Below are positions 17,740 to 26,322 of a stretch of 32,000 nucleotides of DNA, piece after piece. Source of the stretch: Psychrobacter cryohalolentis K5 (lineage in GTDB: Bacteria; Pseudomonadota; Gammaproteobacteria; Pseudomonadales; Moraxellaceae); contig NC_007969.1 of assembly GCF_000013905.1 (NCBI RefSeq), positions 3,027,877-3,059,876 of the forward strand. The letters run 5' to 3'. The notes under the pieces are model-generated. The model saw nothing but the letters and a program-made list of their open reading frames with translations, was not told the origin of the DNA and did no database searches. Every line of letters begins with the position of its first letter. Position 1 is the first letter of the stretch. Position numbers and translations under genes: made by a program.

Positions 17740-19161
17740 CTAGGCAGGGTTTGGCGTGACCTGTTGACGGATTTGCTCAGCAACCAACTCAGCCTCATTA
17801 TCAAGCACCACCACATGTTGCGGTAAGCTCTCTAAACCTTCGGTATGGGCTGGACGAGCAATATCTATTTGACCTATTGCTTCAACAATCGTATCGGCAA
17901 ACTTAACCGGTAACGCTGTTTCAGCACAAACAATCACTTCACCTTCGCGCTGTAATTCTTTAGCAACTTTGATACCATCAGCGGTGTGCGGATCAACCAG
18001 CTCTCCATGCTGCTCATAAAGCGCTTTAATGGTTTGCAGGCGGTCATTATGGGTTGACTTACCTGCAGCGAAACCATAGCGAGTATTAACTGCTTCCATT
18101 AGCTCAGATAGATCGAAACCTTGACCAGATTTCACACCTTCAAATAGTTCATGGACGCGCGCGCTATCTTTATCTAATAGCAAATAAACAAAACGCTCAA
18201 AGTTAGAGGCTTTAGAGATATCCATTGAAGGACTTGAAGTAATATAGGTTTTGGCAGTCGGACGTGGCTGATAAGCACCTTGATTAAAGAAGTCGTTCAG
18301 TACATCGTTTTCGTTGGTTGCGACGATTAGACGATTAACTGGCAGCCCCATTTCACGTGCAATATGACCAGCACAAATATTACCAAAGTTGCCTGATGGC
18401 ACACTAAAACTAACTTTTTCGTCGTTACTTGAAGTCACGGCAAAGTAAGCTTTAAAGTAGTAAACAATCTGAGCTAGGATACGACCCCAGTTAATAGAGT
18501 TAACCGTGCCTAAGTTATAAGCTGCTTTAAATTCTGCATCTTGTTGTAGCGCTTTGACAATATCTTGGCAATCATCAAACATACCGTCGATGGCAATATT
18601 ATGGATATTTTTATCAGTCAGGCTATACATCTGCGCGCGCTGGAATTCACTCATTTTGCCGTGCGGTGAAAGCATAAAGACTTCGATATTCTCTTTGCCG
18701 CGTAGTGCATATTCTGCCGCACTGCCCGTATCGCCACTGGTTGCACCAATAATAGTAATACGCGCGTCTTTTCTTTTAAGCACATATTCGAAAGCATTGC
18801 CCAAAAACTGCATAGCAACATCTTTAAATGCCAATGTCGGACCGTTTGATAAGCCTAGAATATATATATTATCTTCAAGCTTGCGAACAGGAACAATCTC
18901 ATCAGAGCCAAATATATCAGCGGTATAAGTGCGCTCAATAATATCCTGCAAATCAGTCGCAGGAATATCAGTCGCAAAGCGCTGCATAATCGCCATCGCA
19001 AGCTGTGGATAGCTCAGCGCGCGCCACTCAGTAAGCGTCGCACTATCAATATTCGGATAATGCTCAGGCAACATCAAACCACCGTCTGGTGCAAGACCCA
19101 TTAATAACACATCACTAAAATCCATCGGCGCTGTCTGACCACGGGTACTGATATATTTCAT
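17740..19161 (-). CDS. thrC: Threonine synthase (long form)
   Basis: MKYISTRG N-terminus, PLP-lysine motif PTLAFKD, and GATSGDTGSAA. Confidence 0.95.
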   Translation of the reverse strand: MKYISTRGQTAPMDFSDVLLMGLAPDGGLMLPEHYPNIDSATLTEWRALSYPQLAMAIMQRFATDIPATDLQDIIERTYTADIFGSDEIVPVRKLEDNIYILGLSNGPTLAFKDVAMQFLGNAFEYVLKRKDARITIIGATSGDTGSAAEYALRGKENIEVFMLSPHGKMSEFQRAQMYSLTDKNIHNIAIDGMFDDCQDIVKALQQDAEFKAAYNLGTVNSINWGRILAQIVYYFKAYFAVTSSNDEKVSFSVPSGNFGNICAGHIAREMGLPVNRLIVATNENDVLNDFFNQGAYQPRPTAKTYITSSPSMDISKASNFERFVYLLLDKDSARVHELFEGVKSGQGFDLSELMEAVNTRYGFAAGKSTHNDRLQTIKALYEQHGELVDPHTADGIKVAKELQREGEVIVCAETALPVKFADTIVEAIGQIDIARPAHTEGLESLPQHVVVLDNEAELVAEQIRQQVTPNPA

Positions 19162-19202
19162 TAGATTGTCCTGTCTACAATGAGATTATTAGTTGAAACG
19201 GT

Positions 19203-20777
19203 TTATTCAGCAGTTTTCTGCAGCAAGGCATAATAAAAACCATCACCGCTCTTGCTATCAATTGGCAAACACTGGCGACCAATCGCTTGTTCGATACCCC
19301 AGTTGCAACCGTCGCTAAATTCAACAGCTGCTACATTATTATAATGAGTCATGAAATCCTGCATCTGCTCGACGTTCTCTTGCTTTAGGATAGAGCAAGT
19401 AACATATAACAAATAACCGCCAACCTTAAGTTGTGGCCATAGATTATGCAAGATATCGGCTTGCAAAAGTGCGGTTTGTTCGACGTCTTCTTCAGTACGC
19501 AAGATACTGATATCAGGATGGCGACGAATCACGCCAGTCGCCGTACAAGGTGAGTCTAGCAATATAGCGTCAAATACGAGCTTGCTCTTTTTCTTACCAG
19601 CCCCTTGCCATGTGGTCGCATCAGCACAAACAATATTGAGCTCAATATTTTTCTCAGCTTGCTGTAAATCATGCTGACTTAAATTCAAGCGCTGTAAATT
19701 ATCATAAATACGCTCGATACGCGGCGCTTCATTATCTATCGCAGTTAGCTTCACTTTCGAAACTAGAGAAACAAATTCTTCGTTTTGTTTCACGTGAAAC
19801 AAAGGTGATTGCTCGTCTGAACTAATTAATTCTAACCAATGAGCAAGCTTACCACCCGGCGCTGCACAGGCATCTAAAATACGAATCTCATTGTTGCTCG
19901 TATCCATATCGCCGTCTGCATCATCGTTTTTAACACTCAGCTTATTGAGTAGAGCGCTATGGATAAGCGGTGCTGCAAGCTGAGCATGCATATCTTGCAC
20001 ACTAGCCGCCCCGTGGGCAAATTGTGGTAAGGCATTGACTGCAGTGCTTTGATGTAGTCTAAGACCTTTGGTTACTATACTATTAGAAGTGGCTGTATCC
20101 GACGAGTTTTCGAGTTGTAAGCCACTTGTTAGCTCAACTAAGTCCGCTTCAACTTCAAATTCCACTAATGCTTGCTGATAGTCCTCTATCGAAGTAACCG
20201 CTGTATTTACTCGCAAAAACATTGGCGCAGGTTGACGTAGACCCTGCATCAAATCGTCATACTGCTCACTCCAATCTTGCTTAAGCTGATAGGCAAGCCA
20301 ATTCGGTAAGCTGTGTTTTTTATCACACTTCTTACGGAACTTACTTGGGTTCTTAGCAACTTTACGCAAGATGGCATTGATTAAACCCGTCGCATGCGCA
20401 AACTCAATTTCTTTTGCTGCTTCAACCGTTTCATGAATTGCCGCATGGTCAGCCACTTGCAAATAGAGCAGCTGCGTCAAACCTACTTGAATCGTCGTAC
20501 GTACTTCTTTTTCATCAATCGAGTTATCAGCCAGACTATCGAGTAGACGCTCAAGGGCATACCACTGGCGCAACGTCGTTAGCAATAACGCATGAGCAAA
20601 ACCTTTATCCCCATCATGAAGACTATTTAGTAACGGATCAAGGACGCTTGCTAGCGACTGACCATTTTGAATGGCCAGCAAAGTGCGAATCACGCGAACG
20701 CGAACGCTACCATTCATGATAAGGTTGCTTGACGGTTTGAGCTTGTTATTTCTTGGTGCAGTGCTGGTTTGTCTCAT
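19203..20777 (-). CDS. rsmB: 16S rRNA (cytosine967-C5)-methyltransferase
   Basis: NusB-like N-domain followed by the RsmB/Sun methyltransferase core (DACAAPGGK, ILLDSPCTATGVIRRHPD, YVTCS). It lies downstream of fmt, as in E. coli. At 524 aa it is longer than the E. coli protein. The start could instead be the ATG at 20717. Confidence 0.92.
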   Translation of the reverse strand: MRQTSTAPRNNKLKPSSNLIMNGSVRVRVIRTLLAIQNGQSLASVLDPLLNSLHDGDKGFAHALLLTTLRQWYALERLLDSLADNSIDEKEVRTTIQVGLTQLLYLQVADHAAIHETVEAAKEIEFAHATGLINAILRKVAKNPSKFRKKCDKKHSLPNWLAYQLKQDWSEQYDDLMQGLRQPAPMFLRVNTAVTSIEDYQQALVEFEVEADLVELTSGLQLENSSDTATSNSIVTKGLRLHQSTAVNALPQFAHGAASVQDMHAQLAAPLIHSALLNKLSVKNDDADGDMDTSNNEIRILDACAAPGGKLAHWLELISSDEQSPLFHVKQNEEFVSLVSKVKLTAIDNEAPRIERIYDNLQRLNLSQHDLQQAEKNIELNIVCADATTWQGAGKKKSKLVFDAILLDSPCTATGVIRRHPDISILRTEEDVEQTALLQADILHNLWPQLKVGGYLLYVTCSILKQENVEQMQDFMTHYNNVAAVEFSDGCNWGIEQAIGRQCLPIDSKSGDGFYYALLQKTAE

Positions 20778-20847
20778 TAAATTGAATTTCCTTGACGTCT
20801 AATAGTTAGCGTCTTGTGCGATTTGGATTAGGTATATCTAAATGGAG

Positions 20848-21939
20848 TTATTTCGTTTCTTTACTAAACTGGTCGCCATCATTAAGCTGATTGCCATGGC
20901 AGATTTGTTCGGCGCTCACAGGTTTGCTGCCTGCAAACTGTAGCTGAGTAACAGCTAAAGTACTGGCTTGAGGTTTTTCGCTATTTACATCAGTATCAAT
21001 ATTATTATCTTTACCACAAGCGACTAAAATTGCCTTGCGCCCCACACTAATAACTGTACCTGCTTGTTTATCGGTTGGTTGCGATGCATTCACAGGCAAG
21101 CTGGCTAAAATTTTGACACGCTGACCTGCCAAAAAGGTATAAGCACCAGGCCAAGGAGTTAAGCCACGAATTTGTCGTTCAATCACAGTGGCAGACTGCG
21201 TCCAATCAATTTCACCCTCATTTTTGACTAACTTTTCAGCATAATTGGCTTGACTGTCATCTTGTACTATAGCCTGAGCTTGATAGTGTGGTAAATCTTG
21301 TAGCACAGTAATAATGGCGGTCGCACCAAGCTCAGCCATTTTATCATGTAGGCTGGCAGCCGTATCATCAGACTCAATACTAGCACTGACTTTATAAAGC
21401 ATGTCTCCAGTATCAAGCCCTTTATTCATCTGCATAATAGTAACGCCAGTCTCACTATCACCAGCCAATAATGCGCGGTGAATAGGCGCTGCACCACGCC
21501 AGCGTGGTAATAATGAGGCGTGGATGTTTAAGCAACCATAAGTCGGCGTATTCAAGACACCAACAGGAAGAATCAACCCATAAGCAGCAACAATCATTAC
21601 ATCGGGTTGATAATCTTGCAAAGTTTGCCTTGCTATTACCCCTTCTATACTTGATTTTTTAAAGGTCTCTGGCTGTTCAACAGCGATATCATGTGCCAAT
21701 GCTACTTGCTTGACCGCAGATGCCGCCAGCTTTTGTCCGCGGCCAGCTTTACGATCAGGCTGACTATAGACCGCTACAATACTGATATTCAATGCCTGTT
21801 GCTGCTTGATTAATGCCTCAAGACTCACGGCGGCAAACTCAGGCGTGCCAGCAAATACCACTTTTAACGGCTCTGTACGCGTCGGTTTAAAGTTATCATT
21901 ATTAAGAGATACATCAGGGGTACAAGCAAGTGTGGTCAT
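20848..21939 (-). CDS. fmt: Methionyl-tRNA formyltransferase
   Basis: VVFAGTPEFA, NIHASLLPRWRGAAPI, and the C-terminal Fmt domain. It carries a ~22-aa N-terminal extension and a longer C-terminus than E. coli Fmt. Confidence 0.93.
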   Translation of the reverse strand: MTTLACTPDVSLNNDNFKPTRTEPLKVVFAGTPEFAAVSLEALIKQQQALNISIVAVYSQPDRKAGRGQKLAASAVKQVALAHDIAVEQPETFKKSSIEGVIARQTLQDYQPDVMIVAAYGLILPVGVLNTPTYGCLNIHASLLPRWRGAAPIHRALLAGDSETGVTIMQMNKGLDTGDMLYKVSASIESDDTAASLHDKMAELGATAIITVLQDLPHYQAQAIVQDDSQANYAEKLVKNEGEIDWTQSATVIERQIRGLTPWPGAYTFLAGQRVKILASLPVNASQPTDKQAGTVISVGRKAILVACGKDNNIDTDVNSEKPQASTLAVTQLQFAGSKPVSAEQICHGNQLNDGDQFSKETK

Positions 21940-22218
21940 AGTTTAGGCAATATTAATAAGTAATAAAGCTATTATAGGTGAGTTTGTGGCGTTGTGCCAT
22001 GATTGTAATAGCCACAATCAAGCGCTACTAATGCGTCTGATTATCTTTATAATAGCAATAAGATTCAGTCTCATTTTTCACATTGTCATATACTAGCTAG
22101 CTATCAATATTGTTTATTGCTTTGTTGTAGGCTAATAATAAAGAATATAGCAGTAAAATCTAACGAAACCATTTTAAATTTACTGTGTATTATTATGCCG
22201 ACTTAGGGTCATGCCTTT

Positions 22219-25143
22219 ATGCCACAATTTCAGTCTCTGCAACGCCTGTTGGCTTTCTATACTTTGACATTACTCGCCATGTTGTCATTGTATTATTTCA
22301 TCATGTTTCATGAGATGAAGAATGAGAGTAAGCAGCACAGTGTAGAGACGTTTCATACCTTGCAGTATCAAATTTCCGAGCTTAATAATCCTATAAACCC
22401 TGCCGTTAAAAAGATAGTAGAAAAGCCTTTTTTGGCAGGAATCAGTTATCAGCTGATTTTTATGATGCCCTCCGGCCAAACTTTCATTTACCATCAAACT
22501 GAAGCTGATGAACCTGAATTTACGGGGATTATGTTTCCAAGCATTGAGACTTCGCTATTATCAAATAAGAATACTCATAGCACCTATACGTTATCCAACG
22601 AAAAACTAGTCGGAACCATCGAGCTTAAAAGCGGCCATAAATTTTATACCATTTTGCGTCATAAGCCGCTCGATGTTAACTGGGTATCTTATCGCTATTG
22701 GTTGCCTTTAATGACCGCCATCATGTTTTTTACTTTGGCACTACTATATACCTTAAAACGCCGCGCCAATTGGGTGCAGTTACTGCTTTATACCGACAAC
22801 TTAAGCAGTCATGCAAAAGAGGCATATACACCACCACCGTTTGTCAGCAAAGAATCTACGCCTGAATTTTTGCAATTGGGTCATGCACTTAGTCGGATTA
22901 ACTATCAATTGCATAACAATCATCGTCATATTACTACTCTAAAGCATCGCCTAGAGCGTTTGGTTGATCACGCCCCACTACCGATGCTGATGATTATGAG
23001 ACAAGGTCAAATTAGCTTCTTTAATCAACGTTTTGAGCAAGTATTTTCGACAGCCTTTCAAAATGACAGCAATTATAAATTAACAGATTTTGTTTTTACT
23101 GAAGATGAATCCACCCAGTTACTGCTGCAACAACTAGAAAGTCTTCGTGTTACGCGTACGTTTATGGTATATGGGCTGGCTAATAAAAAAGCTTATCAGC
23201 TACATATTACCCCGTGGTTTGGTGAGCATGGTCAGGTTCACGGTTTTACCGTATTACTGAATAATGTAAATGATTTAACAAGCCAAAACGAACAGCTGCA
23301 GCAACAAAATATAGAAATACAGCGACAACTTGATGAATTTAATGCACTCAAATCAAGTATGGGTCATGACTTACGGCTGCCATTAGAGGCTATGATTGAT
23401 ACTTTAGAACCGATTGATACTAGCGTTTTGACTGTTAAAGAGCACCAGATTGTCAATACTCTGATTGAAACCAGTCATGCTATGCTTATTATGCTCAACG
23501 AGATGCTGGATATAGGGGAGATAGAAGTTCGAAAAACTCGTTTGAATATTGAAACTGTCGACATTTATAAAATAGGGCAACATGTCAGTCATTTAGTCAC
23601 AAAAGATGCGAGACAACATGGGCTTGAATTACTATACTTTTTCACTCCTGATTGCCCTCGCCTCATCGATACCGACCATAAACGTCTGCAGACAATCTTA
23701 CGTAACTTACTGGATAACGCTATTAGATATACCAGTTCAGGTTACGTTGTACTGACGATTGAAGCTGTGAATACAGAACAACTATCAGCCAAAAATACCA
23801 TTCTGGTTAATGATTTAGTGAACGGTACAACTAATAAATTAGTGCCTGATAATACCAACAGAAAAACAAACCCAGCGCATGACTGGGTTCGCTTTAGTAT
23901 CCAAGATAGTGGCATTGGCTTAGAGACAACCCAGAGAGATAAACTTCATAGTTATTTTAATCAAACAGCTCAACTAGAAAATACGCAATTAGACCAGTCG
24001 AGTTACTCGCAAAAAGCCAGCCAAATTCATACTCAAGTCAGTCAAGCAGATGTAGGACTGACAACTGCTCATAGTTTTGCTAAATTATTGGGTGGTTTTA
24101 TAGAGTTACACAGCACACCTGATGTTGGAAGTACCTTTGATCTTTATCTGCCTTGCCAAAATCCAAACTATCAACCCATATACCATCTCAATCAGCAGTT
24201 AACGCGATTGCATCTTATTGCCATCATCAATCAGCCACTTGCCGCTGAACATCTAAAACGCCTATGTACCCATTTATCTATAACAGTCACTATTTTTACA
24301 TCTACTGATAGCGTGACCCTACAACAGCTCAACGACGAACTGATGCAAAACCAGCGTACACTCGCTCCAATATTGCTCCTCGACTACGATTATTATGAAA
24401 GCATTACGCTTGCTTTATCTAATCAACTGAAAGATGAAAAAAGTATCCATGCCAATATGGTAGAGGAACAAATAAAAGAAGAAGATTTAGCAAATACGTT
24501 ATCTAGCAATATTGACAGACAGCATACATTAAATCACTTATTGGCTAATGTATCACTACCAAAGATATTACTAAGTATGAAGTCTGAGCGCCGCATCGCT
24601 TCTATGCTACTAGATAGATGTGATGGATTTTTAACCAAGCCGCTAGATGTGAATTTACTGCTCTCTGAGCTACTGCGCTTAACACTTCCTACCAGACAGA
24701 TACTCATACAAGCAGCAGATATTAAGTATAACGACAGCGTTGTAGTGTCAGCAGATAATAGGTCTAATGAAATCATCTCACCTCTGATTTTAGTGGTAGA
24801 AGACAGTCCTACCAATCAAAAAATTGCCTGCAAAATGCTCGCCAAACTTGGTTATCGTAGCGTGGTGGCAGAAGACGGTCAGCAAGCATTAGATATACTG
24901 CAAGCGCAGCGTCAAGAGATTGATCTTATTCTGATGGATTGCCGGATGCCAGTGATGGATGGATTGCAAGCAACTCAGGCAATTAGAGCGCAAGGCGATG
25001 ATATTCCTATCGTTGCACTTACAGCGAACAATACTGAAGAAGACCGCTCAGCGTGCTTAAAGGTAGGTATGGATGAGTTTTTAGCCAAACCTATTAATAA
25101 GGATAAACTACAAGACGTCTTAACAGCACTGATTAAACCCTAA
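22219..25143 (+). CDS. Hybrid sensor histidine kinase/response regulator (2 TM + periplasmic domain, PAS-like, HisKA, HATPase_c, degenerate REC-like region, canonical REC)
   Basis: TM helices at about aa 10-30 and 160-180. H-box SSMGHDLRLPL, N-box LRNLLDNAIRYT, G1 DSGIGL. C-terminal receiver LILVVEDSPTNQ...DLILMDCRMPVMDG...PIVALTAN...DEFLAKPI. I see no HPt domain. Confidence 0.9.
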   Translation: MPQFQSLQRLLAFYTLTLLAMLSLYYFIMFHEMKNESKQHSVETFHTLQYQISELNNPINPAVKKIVEKPFLAGISYQLIFMMPSGQTFIYHQTEADEPEFTGIMFPSIETSLLSNKNTHSTYTLSNEKLVGTIELKSGHKFYTILRHKPLDVNWVSYRYWLPLMTAIMFFTLALLYTLKRRANWVQLLLYTDNLSSHAKEAYTPPPFVSKESTPEFLQLGHALSRINYQLHNNHRHITTLKHRLERLVDHAPLPMLMIMRQGQISFFNQRFEQVFSTAFQNDSNYKLTDFVFTEDESTQLLLQQLESLRVTRTFMVYGLANKKAYQLHITPWFGEHGQVHGFTVLLNNVNDLTSQNEQLQQQNIEIQRQLDEFNALKSSMGHDLRLPLEAMIDTLEPIDTSVLTVKEHQIVNTLIETSHAMLIMLNEMLDIGEIEVRKTRLNIETVDIYKIGQHVSHLVTKDARQHGLELLYFFTPDCPRLIDTDHKRLQTILRNLLDNAIRYTSSGYVVLTIEAVNTEQLSAKNTILVNDLVNGTTNKLVPDNTNRKTNPAHDWVRFSIQDSGIGLETTQRDKLHSYFNQTAQLENTQLDQSSYSQKASQIHTQVSQADVGLTTAHSFAKLLGGFIELHSTPDVGSTFDLYLPCQNPNYQPIYHLNQQLTRLHLIAIINQPLAAEHLKRLCTHLSITVTIFTSTDSVTLQQLNDELMQNQRTLAPILLLDYDYYESITLALSNQLKDEKSIHANMVEEQIKEEDLANTLSSNIDRQHTLNHLLANVSLPKILLSMKSERRIASMLLDRCDGFLTKPLDVNLLLSELLRLTLPTRQILIQAADIKYNDSVVVSADNRSNEIISPLILVVEDSPTNQKIACKMLAKLGYRSVVAEDGQQALDILQAQRQEIDLILMDCRMPVMDGLQATQAIRAQGDDIPIVALTANNTEEDRSACLKVGMDEFLAKPINKDKLQDVLTALIKP

Positions 25144-25278
25144 AAAATACCATTAAAACTCATAAAGGATGTTAGTGATCACTTACACAAAACCATGCCA
25201 AAACAAGATAGCTTCCATGCTTCTCACTTACTGCTAATATAAAATTTGCAGCAGAATAAGACTGTTGTAGCAAAGGTC

Positions 25279-25950
25279 TTATTTCATAAAACCATTATCC
25301 GCTAAAAAAGCTTCAGTAATACTGCTCTGCGGGCTGCTATTGTCACTGGTTCCCTGCGACTTATTTAATAAACGCTCTAAATATCTGGCCACGATATCTA
25401 CCTCTACATTGACCTTAGATCCTATCAGCCAATGCTGAGCAATATTGGTCACTTGCGCAGTATGTGGAATGATATTGAGCGACACGATATTATCGCGTAC
25501 TAAATTGGTGGTAAGGCTAATACCATCAAGGGTAATCGAGCCTTTGGTCGCGGTATAATGTACTAACTCTTTTGGTATCTCAATTTCGATATAAATAGAG
25601 CGCGCATCCTTTTGTAGCTTACTGACTATCCCGACGCCATCGACATGACCTGCGACGATATGACCACCAAAACGTGTGGTTGGCAGCATCGCTTTTTCTA
25701 AATTGACCAGATGACCGGGCTTTAGATCTTCTAATGCTGTTCGCGCTATAGTTTCACGTGAAACATCAACGGAATAATGATTACTACCGAAATCTACAAC
25801 CGTAAGACAGATACCGTTAGAAGCTATAGAGTCTCCAAGCTTCACATCGCTAAAATCTAAGCCATCAGACTCTATCGTCAAGCGAATGTCGCCGCCTGTA
25901 GGTTGCATCGACTTAACCTTTCCCACACTTTCTATAATTCCGGTAAACAT
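25279..25950 (-). CDS. ribE: Riboflavin synthase (alpha chain)
   Basis: MFTGIIE N-terminus and duplicated lumazine-binding repeats (NGICLTV... / DGISLT...). Confidence 0.95.
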   Translation of the reverse strand: MFTGIIESVGKVKSMQPTGGDIRLTIESDGLDFSDVKLGDSIASNGICLTVVDFGSNHYSVDVSRETIARTALEDLKPGHLVNLEKAMLPTTRFGGHIVAGHVDGVGIVSKLQKDARSIYIEIEIPKELVHYTATKGSITLDGISLTTNLVRDNIVSLNIIPHTAQVTNIAQHWLIGSKVNVEVDIVARYLERLLNKSQGTSDNSSPQSSITEAFLADNGFMK

Positions 25951-26037
25951 ATCAACCTCTTCTCATTATTTTATTGTCGTTATAGATAGCTTTTCTCAGT
26001 AATAAATATGCTATATCACATATATTTCGGGGTAAAC

Positions 26038-26311
26038 TGTGGATAAGTGATGGAAAACACTTATCTATAAGCTTAAAAGCCTTAGTTATTAACAAGTTAT
26101 CCACAATTAATATTGTTTTCATTTAATATTTGTATATCTAGTCACTACAATACAAGTAATTGATTTTACTATGATTTATTTATATAAATAACATTTAATC
26201 AAAATCAAAAGTTTCATGTGGAACAAAGTTATACACAGTTTCATGTGAAACTAATATTAGTAATCATTATTTATGCCTAACCATCATATCTTGCATTAAG
26301 AGTGTGGATAG
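26038..26311. other. DnaA-box cluster flanking a ~105-bp AT-rich tract (oriC-like or DnaA-binding cis element)
   Basis: TTATCCACA is perfect at 26038-26046 (minus orientation) and at 26097-26105 (plus). TTATACACA is at 26229-26237 and CTATCCACA at 26303-26311 (minus). A weaker TTATCTATA is at 26061-26069. The tract 26106-26210 is roughly 16% G+C by my hand count. Confidence 0.6.
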
Positions 26312-26322
26312 ATAATTAACAA

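Noticed and set aside
25951-26322. Calling the ribD-ribE spacer the definitive chromosomal oriC
   Set aside because: The DnaA boxes and AT-rich tract are real. However, all genes to its right in the window are oriented toward it, and the canonical rpmH-dnaA spacer probably lies just past the right edge. I also saw no GATC cluster. I therefore report it as oriC-like or DnaA-binding, not as the origin.
25951-26322. FMN (RFN) riboswitch ahead of ribE
   Set aside because: The spacer is extremely AT-rich and lacks the GC-rich conserved RFN core helices. Nothing in it resembles the element.
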